Shown one piece after another: positions 51,101 through 64,000 of a stretch of DNA of 64,000 bases. Within the stretch, counting starts at the first letter, position 1. Each line of letters begins with the position of its first letter. Below the pieces are notes generated by a model, which worked only from the letters and a program-made list of their open reading frames with translations, made no database searches and was not told where the DNA came from. This DNA comes from Mytilus californianus (lineage: Eukaryota). The DNA lies in contig NW_026262734.1 in NCBI RefSeq assembly GCF_021869535.1, positions 12,524,001 through 12,588,000 on the forward strand, in the 5' to 3' direction. Both the position numbers and the translations under genes were made by a program.

Positions 51101-54100
51101 ACTGTTAAATTTGCCATTTCCGTTGCATAGATTTAAAACTATAACTTCCCTTTGCTCTTCATTGAGCCATGACATTTTAGCCCCTTGAGGAAACAGTAGG
51201 AAGGACATGAAATAACAAAAGACAACACTTAAAATAGTTGACCATGACCATTTTAAATGATTTTAAAAAAGCAAAAAAACGGGTGAGAATATAAGCTGTC
51301 ATTTATGACTGCTCTGTTTCTGAATTATTAACACACAATATGTTGTTTGCTTCATTTTTGCTCACAATAATAAACACCAGTGAATCAAATAATCTTTATA
51401 CGGATGCGGTTTTCATTAATTGTTTTAATGTTTGGGTTAGAATTAGTATTGGTTGTTATTAAGCTAACAATTTTAATAATTTATTCTTAATTTGGTTTCA
51501 TTCGCTTCAAATGTTTTATGGTATTCAGGACAGAGAAGACTTATATGTATATAACAGACTGGTCAATGATGTCAAATAATCACAAAACTTTTGACAATAT
51601 TACTACAGCATGAACAGTCGTACTATCATAACGCTATCCATAACAAAATGAAATTCTATTCATGCAAGATTAAACAAATATTAGTTGTTCCATTAAATTA
51701 GATAAAAATTTATATGTAATCTGATTAAATCTTGGTTTTTTCTTCAGTATTTGGAAGAGCTATACATGCACTATCAAAGATTGGAGATGAGATCTACGTA
51801 GAACCACTAGAACATGGGGTAAAATTATAATTAGTTTATATATTTCAATCTTGGGTACCGTTATTATCTTTGAAGCCATATTTTTATGTATGATTGATTA
51901 CATAAAATTGAGAATGGAAATGGGGAATATGTCAAAGAGACAACAACCCGACCAAAGAGCACACAACAGCCGAAGGCCACCAATGGGTCTTCAACGCAGC
52001 GAGAAAATCCCGCACCCGGAGGTGGTCCTTAGCTGGCCCCTAAATAAAATTTTGTCCTTGTTCAGTGAAAATGGACGTCACCCTACACTCCAAAACATAT
52101 AAATGAACTAAAATTTAAAAACATACAAGACTTACAAAGGCCATAGGCTCCTGACTTGGGACAGGCGCAAAAATGCGGCGGGGTTAAACATGTCTTGTGA
52201 GATCTCAACCCTCCCCCTAAACCTCTAGCCAATGTAGAATAAAGAATCACATAGCAATAATCACAGTAAAACTCAGTTTAAAAGAAGTCCGGGTCCGATG
52301 TCAGAATAGGTAAAAGAAGTTAAGCAAAATGACATTCACAATGATACATAAATGAACAAAGGACTACTAGCAGTTACTGACATGCCAGCTCCAGACCTCA
52401 ATTAAACTGATTGAAAGATTACATGTACAAAAAATGTATGAATAACAATGGGGATACACGTACTAACATTGACGAATTGTTTGGCAGGTACATTTGTTCA
52501 TAGAATATGGAACATACTTTTTGTATAATCAAATCTATCTTGGAAGATTACTTCACACTTGCAGATGAGAATAAAAGGCGGTGTGGGTTATACCAACTCG
52601 TGGACTAGGAAAATAGCGATAATTAAATTGTAATTATTCTGCTCTCTTGGAGGGCACTTTGATTAGTTAATGAAAATTATTGTATTGGCCACTAAGAGTA
52701 TGATTCAGTTGTTGAAGCACAGTTTGATGGACCAATCATATGAGACCTAGCTATTTTATGAAAACTATTTAAGGATGCGATGCACAATAGAGATGACCTT
52801 GATATCATCAATTTTTAAATCTAGAACAAATTTGAAATTAAGGAAATTAAAAGAAATACAAACAGCTCTCTCATTTATTTGGAAAGGTATTTTTGTTATT
52901 TAAAAAAAAACAAATGTCTAACCCTGCTGTATATACTTCAACAATAACTAAATCCATACTGTATAGTTAGATGTGAAAGAAAATGCTTGTAGAAAAAAAA
53001 AATGAGAACAACACTTTATAAATTTCATGCATCAGAAATGCTTTTCTGGATTTATCGTCATAAGGAACAATGAAAGCCGAATATTTGAAAGCCAAGGATG
53101 TATAAGATTTTTAACTAGAGCTGATTGATCATTCCAAATGTCATCTTAAAGAAAATTTAAATCAAAATTTTGAGGTATGTCCAAGACACAATGTAGTCTT
53201 GATATCGATGACATCAACAATATCGAGTCGATATCGACAAATAATGATCCAAATGTTTATCTGCTACATTTTTCTTTATAGACAATTTAGTTTCTCCTGG
53301 TTCGTCTAATAAAGATGTCGATATCGACACATTATGTTTCAAATGACTATCTACTACGATAATCTATATAGACAATTTGGTTTCTCCTGGTTTGTATGTT
53401 TAAAGATGTCGATATCGACGATATCGAGTCGATATCGACACATTATTTCAAATATCTATCTGTTTTACAGTTGTGTATATAAACAATTTTAGTTTATCCC
53501 AGATCGTCTATTTTAGATGTCGATATCAACGACATCGTGTCGATATCGAAAAATTATGTTCCAAATGTAATATCTCCTACAGTTATCTGTATAGACAATT
53601 TAGTTTCTCCTATTTTGTCTATTTTAAGATGTCGATATCGATGAAATCGACGACATCGAGACGATATCGACACATCTTTCAAATGTTTATCTGCTACAAT
53701 AATATATATAAACAATTTAGTTTCTCCTGGTTCGTTTGTTTAAATATGTCGACGATATCAATTCCATATCAACATTTATACATTTTCTTCATAATTTGTT
53801 TCTCTATTTATTTCGTTTAGTTTAGTATACGTACCTTAATTACACACTAAGATAAGAGGGTGTTGCACGATTTGCAATGAGACAACAGACCACAATAAAC
53901 AAAAAGAATGAGGATGTTAACAACTATATGTCACCTAACAGTCTTCACAACAAAGATTAACAATAATACCGGCATAACAAAATATCAAATATTTCAAATG
54001 GGAAAACAAACATCCCGATTTATGTATAAATGATAAGCAAAAATCAAATATGACCGACAGCAACGGACGACAACCACTTCATCAAAGAGCTCCCGAGAAG

Positions 54101-57100
54101 GGTCAATCACAATAAGGATGTGGCGAGGTTAAACTTGTGCGTTAAAACTTCCCTTAAATCTATGACGGTGGTATAGCATCAATACATAAAATTAACAAAT
54201 AGACAAAATCACAAAGTACCGATCTAAGAGTACTCGAAACTATTCAAATAAAGTTAAAATCTAATTTCAACCAATAGATAAACCATGTTTTCTCTGTTTG
54301 AAATGGGAACCAGTTCACATCCCATGGATTTAAATTTTACATAGCAAGTCATGTTTGTACTATATCTGCAGTTTTAGATCTTTGTATGCAACCATATCTC
54401 ACTTAGTTTACACCTAAATTACCATGTCAGCCATTGTCAATGTAATACAAGCAAACATTTTGTTTTTGTTTTTTTGAAGAATACATTAATGTGTTTTAAA
54501 GGGTACATTACTTTGGAGATGTGACCACCTGATTGTCTTTTAAAAAAATAAATTGATTACAATTCAGCCATCATCTATCCCTATATCAATCTTCGATCTT
54601 AATTTATATATATAATCAGCTTGTTATGTCTTATTTTTATTCATTATCTTAAGTCATCATCGATATCGAGTTGATATCGAGTCGATATCGACGATATCAA
54701 CATCAGGTTTTGTCATTGGTGTCGTCATCAAAATCTACATCTGGTTATGATATGATTGTATAAGTTCATCGATATCGATGCGATATTGTGTCGACATTGT
54801 CGATATTGACGATATCAACATCTTGGTATGTCTTGGACATGTATGAAAATTTTAAGCTGAAATTGAATACAGTTAGTACCTTCATTTAAATTATAACTCA
54901 AGCTTCTGTATGGATTAAATTTAATTGATAAGATGACTTTTTATAAAATAAGATATAGCTTTACTTTGAACTCATCATATTGAAAGTTACTTGTATTCAT
55001 TGTTCTTTAACTTTTTGAATTAATTAATTTGAAATTAAATATGCTTAATATGAAAATATACACTGTATTTTAGCTAGCTTTGAGGACAGTAAACTCCTCC
55101 AGATCAGCCTATGGATGTTTTATGTTTTCTCCGACTTTTTTCCAACATTATGACGATGGATCAGGACAGATAAGGTCAGAGGACAGTGAAGAAGATGCCA
55201 TCAGGTGTAAAGTGGCCATGAAAGTAAGAGAATCAATATACAGAACATTTGTAAAAACTAATTGTTCAAGATCTACCATAAAAGTTATTGATCAGATTTT
55301 ATGTTGTTTAGAAGTTTAGAAAATACAATTGCTGCAATGGTGTACCTCTTTTGTCATGGGCTGATTTCTGCATGGTCTGCACATAACTAGTAAATATTCA
55401 AAATACCATTTCTGCTATGGTTTTCCAGCAGATGCATTTACGCCTACACAAGCTCTGAGTTACAGTATTCTTTGTATTTGCTCATTGTTGTGGTGGAGAG
55501 TTGTCTCATTGGCAATAATACCACATCTTCTTATTTTTCTAATTGTTGATTCCCATCCATTACAAATGTGGACAACTCACAAAAATTCATTACTGGTATA
55601 TGACAAACTAATGTCTTGTGAATATTTTGAAGGATGTTGTTATATGAAGGTGCAAAAACACCTTTATCTTTCCTTTCATATTTTATTATTTCTCATTTCA
55701 GTCCTGTTTAACAGTTTTTAAATCCATGTCAACAATAGAAAAGACTGTAGAACGATGTAAAATAAAACTGAACATGGATGAATCCAGACTTGTGTTTCAG
55801 CTGTATTGTAAACATGGTAACTCGTACTATTATGTATAACACAGTGATCTCTATAATACAAATATTTTAAATTCACAGAAGTCATGACTTTTGAGCTCAT
55901 TCCTGTTAATTTGTTGTGCTTATCTGTAATAGCCAAGTAATATTAGAATTTCAATTTTGTTATTGAAATTTAACATTTAAACATAACTATGTTGATAGAG
56001 GATAATCGTAAAGTACTTCTATAAATAGCTGGCATTGATATTCACTAATAATTCTTATTTGATTTGCATAGTTCAGTATCATTTCAATTTTACTTTGATA
56101 GGTTGCAAGCACTTCTGGTAATAGTTTTTTGGTACTATTTTTTTTTTTGTCGCGATTGTAATCAATATAAACAACATGGTAGTTGAATTCAAACTATTCA
56201 TACAAAACATTGTTTACAATATTGATAAACATCATGAAAAATGGTTGTTGGAAAAAAGAATTCATTTAATGATTAATATAAGGATTTAAGTCGTATTCCA
56301 CAATTTCCAAACTCTGTAACTACTCTGGTTTTGTTCATATCATTAAATGTTTTGATAATTTTTAGAGTTAATTTAATTTGTAGGTATTGTGAAGACACAC
56401 AATTTAGCATTTATAGAATGTGAAACATTACAGGCTGTTTTCTCTAAAGACATGAGTCCAAATCAACTTACAGCACAAGCTAAGTAGGTTGTTTTCAGTC
56501 TTTAGCATGAAAAAGATGAAATGACAATAATTGTCAAAACACCACACAGAAAACCAAAGAAAAATCTAGAATAATGATTTGTGATGTGGAGTTGTCTCCC
56601 TTTAAAAAAAATCAAAATCAAAATATTTCATTTGATCTGTTCATATTTATATTTTTTGTGGCCTTTATTATAAGATAAGAACAGAAATAGCTTTTACTTA
56701 TTGAAAAAATACTGTAAACATCTGACTATTCAATGATTTAATATTTTTTGTTCTTGATTTAAATACAAAATTGTTCTTTTTCATCGTTTTGATAGGAGAG
56801 TAAAAGAACAAACAATTTATTGTTGTCATAAAATTTCAAATTTTAAAATGCAAAGAACAAGCATGGGGTGTCAAAATATGTATACACCAGTTTATTGATA
56901 GGTTTCTTGATTCTAAATCAACTTGAAATCAGTTGATATATAAATCTAAACCAGTGATGCCTTTTAATTTCCAGATTACTGTCTGATGCTGTGGTAAATT
57001 TCCAGTCTAACCAGGAGGAGATAACTCTGTTGATTTCTCCTGAAAAGATTTCATTGAAAAATTATGTGGATGATGAACCTGGTAAACTACACTTTTATGT

Positions 57101-60100
57101 ACTTTAAATTTATTCATGCACTTTTTATTGAAATAACTGGTACTCGCCTGATCAAAGTCTTAATTATAGCTTCAAAGGAGAGGGGTATACTGATATACGT
57201 GTGTTAGTTTGTTACACATTTCTGTTGCTTTTTTATCAGCAATTTCAAGTCAAAGTTTTTTGATATACAGCACTTTAAAAAAAAAAAGATTTATGCACAT
57301 AGATGAAATTTCTTCATACTTTCTAAGCAACTGTAAATCATGGTACCAAGCATTATTTGGAAATGGCATGTTTTAAGTTCCTATGATCTTCTACTTCTGA
57401 TGGCCAAAAACTTACATCTTTAAAATGTCATGCACATATATGATATTTTCAGCACATTTTGTCAACAACATTGAGAGGGGGTATAATTAGTGAGCAACAG
57501 TCCACAGTACATCTTGTTGCTTGAACAATGCGAAATTAATAATTTTAAAATATAATTTTGTTAACATTTATGATAAAATGAAACAAATTTAAGAAAATAA
57601 ATTGGGAACAATGTGATAAATAGTGTTATGTCCCAGATTTTTATGCCCCCGTCGTAGCGGAGGGGGCATTAAGTTTTACCTTTGTCCTTCCGTACGTCCC
57701 AAAGTTGGTTTCCGTTCTCTAAATTTAGTTTGCCTCAACCAATGTTATGAAACTTATACACAATGCTTATTACCACAAAACACAGATCCAGTTTGAATTT
57801 TGGTGGCGTCACTTAAACCGTTGTAGAGTTATGCCCCTTTACAAATGGAAAAATTGTTGAATTTTTCGTTTTCGTTCTCTTACTTTAGTTTGCCTCAACC
57901 AAATGTTATGAAACTTATACACAATGCTTATTACCACAAAATACAGATCAAGTTTGAATTTTGGTGGTGTCACTTTAACCGTTCTAGAGTTATGCCCCTT
58001 TACAAAAGGAAAAATTGCTGAATTTTTCGTTTCTGTTCTCTAACTTAAGTTAGCCTCAACCAAATGCTATGAAACTTATACACAATGCTTATTACCACAA
58101 AATACAGATCAAGTTTGATTTTTGGTGGTGTCACTTAAACTGTTCTAGAGTTATGCCCCTTTACAAAAGGAAAAATTGCTGAATTTTTTGTTTCCGTTCT
58201 CAAAGTTTGCCTCAACCAAATGTTATGAAACTTATACACAATACTTATTACTACAAAACTCAGATAAATAACAAATTTGGGTAGCGTCACTTTTACCGTT
58301 CTTCAGTTATGTCCCTTCATAATTTTAAGTTAAAAATTAACTATATATGTATTGGAAAATCAAAAGATATCCTGAATCACAAAACATGCAATAAGAGCAG
58401 AGGAGTTGAGAGTAAATGTTATTTGTTGCTGAAAGTCCAATGGAGAAGAGTTCAAAAAGCATAACATGAATTAAATGTAAAATTAATGATGGGTACAGTT
58501 GTGAACATTAAACTCTTTAAATTAACAGACATTTTTGCTTTCTATCTATGTATAGTTTTATTTTCTCTTCTGTAATACCGCCTCAGTGGTCTCATGGTAG
58601 CGTGTTCGCCTCGAGTGCTGGAGGTCATTGGTTTGACCTTGGCTGGGTCAAACCAAAGACTTTAAAGTTGGTATTTGCTGCTTCTCCGCCAAACATGCGG
58701 CATTAAGGAGTAAGAGCAAAGACTGGTTGGCACGGAGTCAGAATAATGTTTCCAGGTAAGGTGACAAGTCTTCCTGCAGACTGCTACCTTGTGAGCGAGC
58801 ACGTTAAATATCTGGCTCAGCGTGTCAGTCTAGTACAAAGCATGGTAAATATTCATATTACATTAACATGTTCTCGTCCTGAATATGCATATTAATTTGC
58901 AGCTGGACGTTAAGCAGCCATCCATCATCATCATCTCTTCTGTGACAAATGTTGTAAAGTTTAGTCTTGAAGGTTCTATTTTAATTTTCTAATAAAGTTT
59001 ATTTTAGAATTACAGTCAAACCTGTATTAAGCAGTCAATCTTCAATCAGTAGTGTTATCTTTCTTGCGTAAGTGAAATGAAAAATTGTGGATTCTGGCAC
59101 TGTAAATTTGAAGAAATTATTCGAAATATGTGGAGAAATAAGTCAGTGATACAGATTTTAATGGAAACAGAAAAGCATGGAACACCAGGAATTCACTAAT
59201 TCACCTCCTATTGCAAGATTTCTGTTGCAAACAGGTTCTGGTTTTCAGTTTGACTTCGATACTGAACACATATATTTTTCGTCATGATTATTTGGTAAGT
59301 TAAAAACATTAAAATGGCCGTTGTTCAAAGTTGAAGTGACGATTTTGTGCGAAAAATTAGGTGACCGCGTTAGACAGGTGACCGCTGAAACGAGTCAAAT
59401 TATATAGAGAAAATGATTAGGAGGGCCTCAAAGTGACCGTTAGAGGCAGGTGACCCCTGAAACGAGGTGACTGTTAAGGCAGGTTTGACTTTACCTCTTC
59501 ATGTGTTGCTTCACAGCTGTGGTGATACATAGTTTCCATTTGCTTGTATTATCCAGTCAACTCCTTTTAATCCCATAATGGATAATTGCACAATTTGGTT
59601 AATTGCACAAAATTCCTTTCCCATTGTCTTATAAATGATGAATAAGCTATGATATGATCAAAATTGTCTTCTTTCAGATCCAAATAAGGTTGTTCACACC
59701 GTGGTCCATTTAGCCCCAGAGGAGTTTGATAATTGCCAAGTTGGAGTGGACACAGATATCACCTTCTGTTTAAAGGAACTCAGGGTAAGGTAGGAAAGAT
59801 ATAGGGTAAACCACATAATAAAAACAGGGGATAATACATGTAATAATTATGAATGAATTTATGAGACCAACTTCATTGATGTTTAAGTCTGTATATATCT
59901 AGTGTTAAATCGCATACAAGCTAACAGCCTGTACTAAAATCATAATTATTATAATTGCAGTATATATTTATATCTTCATCATTTAGCTAACTGCAATGTT
60001 CTACAATAGTTTTACAAAGTTCACTTGTGTTATTAACATTTAAATTTTGTATTACAATATTGGGTTGAAGTCTTCTACACATTAAAATAAAATCTGCGGG

Positions 60101-61268
60101 TGGATTTATTTGGTCTGTCCATCCCTTACAAATTTCTGTTTGCATTTTATATATCAGAAATCATTGTTATTTGGCTCCAAGCTTTGTGTTGGTAAGCTCA
60201 ATACCATTGGATCCATTTTCAGATCCCTCACTTATCCACTTCATGTTTGCCACATACATATCTGTTCATAAGTTGACACTTGTATAAGAAACTTTCAGCT
60301 AAACTGTTCGTGCTTATCTCCTATCTGTTGTCTGCTTCCACCGTATGATGTATATGTACTTCTTTTCACTCAAAAGCAAGAGGGGGTAAACCTTTGTGAG
60401 CAGTAGCTCACACTTTGTCTTGTTTATTAAAAAAAAGTCCTATAAATTCCCCTAATGAGACTATGAAAGTTGTTTACAAAGAATATTTTTTAGTCTGTGT
60501 ATCTGTTTTTTTTTTGGTATAGGTTAAAGTTTTGGTTAAAGGTAGTTTTATTTGTGGTCATATTAACTTAAAACGATGTACACATGATCGATATGATTAA
60601 CTTTTTTCAAATAAATGCCAAATAAGGGTTTTGACTAAGATTTCACCATTCGTTGAACATGGACTCATGATTATTCTTGTTTTTGTGGTGTCAAAATAGC
60701 AAATCAAAGGACGACAAGAACGTTTTATGTTATAGTTAAACTTTACCCAATGAAGAATTGAGAATATAAAAGCAAATCACATCTTGATTTTAAAAAATGA
60801 CAAGCGATGATGGAAAGTTTGAATTTGCTAAAAGAGAGGCGAAAGATACCAGAGGGACATTCAAACTCATAAGTCGAAAATAAACCGACACTGCCATGGC
60901 TAAAAAAGAAAAAGACAAACAGACAAACAATAGTACACAAAACACAACATAGAAAACTAATTAAAGACTGAGCAACACGAATCCCACCAACAACTGGGGG
61001 TGATCTCAGGTGCCCTGGAGGGGTAAGCAGATCCTGCTCCAATTGTGGCACCCTTGCTAAGAATAAGAGAAAGATGTATATCCTCTATTTTGTAAGATTA
61101 GAGAAATACCATTGTAAAATGAATAAATTGTGTTAGAATTCATGTTTGGCTAAAAGAGAAAAAAACTGTTGCAAATGCCATATATATTTTATTTTCATTT
61201 CAGGCCATTCTTGGATTTGCAGAAGCATTGAATATGCCCTTGAATATCCATTTTGAAAGTGCAGGGAG
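48175..61268 (+). CDS. RAD9: Cell-cycle checkpoint clamp subunit RAD9 (9-1-1 complex); first 8 exons, C-terminal exons not found in this window
   Basis: Exons: 48175-48208 ([11 protein letters not shown]), 51748-51818 ([24 protein letters not shown]), 55074-55223 ([18 protein letters not shown]...), 55702-55816, 56384-56483 ([19 protein letters not shown]), 56975-57081, 59678-59784 (ITFCLKELR), 61204-61268 ([22 protein letters not shown]). All GT-AG with consistent phases. No convincing exon 9 before 64000. Confidence 0.93.
48361..50334. mobile_element. ~2-kb non-autonomous TIR element in RAD9 intron 1, with nested repeats
   Basis: TAAGGCCACACCAAATTAAT (48361) versus ATTAATTTGGCGTGGCCTGA (50315-50334): 18/20 inverted match. 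Confidence 0.55.
51895..52420 (+). repeat. Dispersed repeat (AAAATTGAGAATGGAAATGGGGAATATGTCAAAGAGAC family); shorter copy at ~2575-2745
   Basis: The two copies share ~160 bp, including AAGGCCACCAATGGGTCTTCAAC. Confidence 0.75.
53177..54840. mobile_element. ~1.66-kb non-autonomous TIR element with TCGA/GATATC palindromic subterminal arrays, RAD9 intron 2
   Basis: ATGTCCAAGACA (53177) / TGTCTTGGACAT (54829-54840); GTCGATATCGAC-type palindromes clustered at both ends; five 90-118-bp internal repeats at ~53230-53780. Confidence 0.75.
57638..58320 (+). mobile_element. HINE/MITE-like element with four ~160-bp internal tandem units
   Basis: TTTTATGCCCC...GGGGCATT 5' module, GTCC/GTAC microsatellite, units starting near 57729, 57889, 58050 and 58206. 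Confidence 0.75.
58574..58933 (+). mobile_element. tRNA-derived SINE with 10-bp target-site duplication TCTCTTCTGT
   Basis: Degenerate A/B-box head, core GGTATTTGCTGCTTCTCCGC...GCAAAGACTGGTTGGC, (CAT)n tail; TSD at 58564-58573 and 58934-58943. Confidence 0.85.
59013..59491. mobile_element. Tc1/mariner/pogo-type MITE with GGTGACC subterminal repeats
   Basis: TA|CAGTCAAACCTG ... CAGGTTTGACTT|TA; about five GTGACC/GTGACT motifs at 59360-59475. Confidence 0.72.
60830..61055 (-). mobile_element. Solo copy of the Penelope-like element 3' terminal repeat
   Basis: GGTGATCTCAGGTGCCCTGGAGGGGTAAGCAGATCCTGCTCC matches the reverse complement of 27105-27150. Confidence 0.78.
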
Positions 61269-62148
61269 GTAATAAATTTGGTGAAAACTTCACAATTATA
61301 ATATGCCTAAAAAAAGAAAAAGTACTAAATAAAACAAGATCATACTGATAGGAAGGTATTTTTTTGCCTGCTTAATAGAACATGTACTCTTAACATCCCT
61401 GAAGTTGAATTTTACGTTAACAGGATGAACATGTCTGTTTATTATTGAATCTTGTTTCACACCCATTGTGTCAAGATTGATGGTCATTTTAAAAAGCTTA
61501 AATAATTGCTTGGATCATACAAGAGCTTGAGTCCAAAAGTAAAGTTTATTATGTAAAAAAAAAAAATCTGTATTCCAGATCTAAATCATTTTGAATAAAA
61601 TCTTTCAAATTTGATCTTTTGGAATTGTGTTGATATGATTTTTATCTCTACTTTCAATGATTTTTACTCCTGAAAAATTGTTAAATTTCATTTACAATGA
61701 GATCAAGTTCTCATTAATAAGTGATTTGTAGGAATTTGAGAAGACTGGTTAAATTGATTTATCTGTCGTCCAACTGTCTGTATCACACTGCTCAGCTCTT
61801 AATAAAACTGCATGTCACGGCTTTGTGATGTAAAATATGTTAACCCGACCTAAAAACTTAGACCCGGACATATCATAATGAAGTTTGACCTGATTTTATC
61901 AAGGCATCCTCAGGTTTGCGGGTGAAACAAAGAAAAATTTTGTTTCTATTATGAAAAATATGCAAATACAACTCAATAAATAGATTATCTGGTTGTCTGC
62001 ATATTGATATTGTGAAATGTCAGCTGCTCAACACAATATGAAGCCTTTTTGAACTCGTTTGCTGCACAAACTCAACAAAAAGCTTCATTTTGTGACTCAC
62101 AGTTGATATTTTACAATATCAATATGCAGACAATCTGATAATGGGTAC

Positions 62149-62940
62149 ATCTTTGTCTACCATTGGGAGTACAAATATTGTAAAAAGCCTTTTGATATCC
62201 TCATGGAAGTTGATATCTTGGTTGACCATTGGGAGAACAAATATTGTAAAAAGCCTTTTGATATCCTCATGGAAGTTGATATCTTGGTTGACCATTGGGA
62301 GTACAAATATTGTAAAAAGCCATTTGATATCCTCATGGAAGTTGATATCTTGGTTTACCATTGGGAGTACAAATATTGTAAAAAGCCTTTTGATATCCTC
62401 ATGGAAGTTGATATCTTTGTCTACCATTGGGAGTACAAATATTGTGAAAAGCCATTTGATATCTTCATGGAAGTTGATATCTTGGTTGACCATTGGGAGT
62501 ACAAATATTGTAAAAAGCCTTTTGATATCCTCATGGAAGTTGATATCTTGGTTTACCATTGGGAGTACAAATATTGTAAAAAGCCTTTTGATATCCTCAT
62601 GGAAGTTGATATCTTGGTCTACCATTGGGAGTACAAATATTGTAAATAGCCATTTGATATCCCCATGGAAGTTGATATCTTGGTTTACCATTGGGAGTAC
62701 AAATATTGTAAAAAGCCTTTTGATATCCTCATGGAAGTTGATATCTTGGTTTACCTTTAGGACTACAAATATTGTAAAAAGCCATTTGATATCCTCATGG
62801 AAGATGATATCTTGGTTTACCATTGGGAGTACAAATATTGTAAAAAGCCATTTGATATCCTCATGGAAGTTGATATCTTGGTTTACCATTGGGAGTACAA
62901 ACATTGTAAAAAGCCTTTTGATATCCTCATGGAAGTTGAT
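62149..62940. repeat. 66-bp minisatellite, 12 copies, downstream of RAD9 exon 8 (presumed intron 8)
   Basis: CATTGGG at 62161, 62227, 62293 ... 62887 (period 66; one variant unit near 62755). Explains the three repetitive ORFs in the track. Confidence 0.96.
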
Positions 62941-63534
62941 GCAGTGGAGACCATGTTAAGTATTTAAGTTATGGTAATCTTTTTGGCCTTGAAGCTTTTT
63001 CCATTAATGATTTGAAATGATGATATCAGTTTTATGTTTTAATTTTCCCTCTGGTGCCTCCAGGATGCTTGAAGCAAAAGTTATCATTAAAAGTTACACC
63101 AATGTATAACGTTTGTGTGTAAACAAAATTTAATCAAGAAAGTTAGATATTATTACATTATTATATTTAAAAATTTTACATGTGAAAGAAATATTGTAAT
63201 TACACTACTCTGACTTCATACAACAATGGATGTTGTCAAGATGAAGCGAGAACACTTAGAATAGGTTATTTCAGAATGTAGAAAACTTTTGCATGATTTT
63301 TTATATTAAACTTTGTGAGGCTATGTGACATGAAAAAAGGAAACCAGGATATAAATCAATCAAAAATATTGTAAATCAAATGGATGAAAGCTGATAATGT
63401 ATGTGTCATGTTTATGCAGGTTATATTTCACAAATTGTTAAGCTATTCCTTAACTAGTCCATAAGTTGTAATTATAACACAAGAGGAATGAGGAGCCGAT
63501 ATCTAATCTTTGACCGTTAGGTGTTTCCAATTTC

Positions 63535-63813
63535 ATTTTTATGCCACACCTACGATAGTAGAGGGGCATTATGTTTTTTGGTCTGTGCTTCTGTTCGTCA
63601 GTCGGTCACGCTTCAGGTTAAAGGTTTGGTCAAGGTAGTTTTTGAAGAAGTTGAAGTCCAATCAACTTGAAACTTAGTACACATGTTCCCTATGATATCA
63701 TCTTTCTAATTTTATTGCCAAATTAAGAGTTTTTACCCCAATTTCACAGTCCACTGAATATAGAAAATGATAGTGCGAGTGGGGCATTCGTGTACTATGG
63801 ACACATTCTTGTT
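63535..63813 (+). mobile_element. Single-unit HINE-like element
   Basis: TTTTATGCC...GAGGGGCATT start and GGGGCATTCGTGTACTATGGACACATTCTTGTT end; reverse-related to the end of the 13400 element. Confidence 0.65.
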
Positions 63814-64000
63814 ATGAATGTACTCCCCAAGTTGTCCTGTTGTCGTTCAGGAGATAACGCCTCATAGGACATTGTGACTTGAAGATATTTGCTTTATGAG
63901 ATAATTTTTTTCCTGGAAAATGCACTTTATTGGAAGTTTGTGTACCCATGGGTATAATAATCAACTATTGTGGGAAACATTTGGTAGATAAAGATATAAA

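Noticed and set aside
63064-63110. Strong acceptor as RAD9 exon 9
   Set aside because: The required phase reads RMLEAKVIIKSYTNV*, which does not match the RAD9 continuation (P-x-x-F then the LAT motif).

Overview
AT-rich, intron- and repeat-rich eukaryotic DNA. The repeat families look like those of a bivalve mollusc, probably Mytilus; this is recognition from memory, not a database search. I rebuilt four spliced genes by hand, checking splice sites and reading frame across every junction: RUSF1/C16orf58 (minus, 14 coding exons, 445 aa), a CYP4-clan cytochrome P450 (plus, 12 exons, 503 aa, one GC-AG intron), VPS29 (minus, 4 exons, 182 aa) and RAD9 (plus, first 8 exons, incomplete in this window). 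VPS29 and RAD9 are head-to-head with only 189 bp between their ATGs, the same arrangement as human VPS29-RAD9B. The most unusual feature is a ~5.1 kb array of ~149 x 34-bp units just downstream of CYP4. Each unit contains the hammerhead catalytic box CTGATGA, and the array appears to have grown out of a decayed retrozyme-type element, amplifying only the stem I-CUGAUGA-stem II half. Other notable items: a templated-insertion scar at a RUSF1 splice donor, twin identical MITEs at the VPS29 3' end, a TCGA-palindrome-rich TIR element, a 162-bp hairpin, a 66-bp minisatellite, and Penelope-like, LINE, SINE, MITE and Helentron-type repeats. Most other ORFs in the supplied track look spurious. Repeat boundaries are approximate unless terminal repeats or target-site duplications are quoted.
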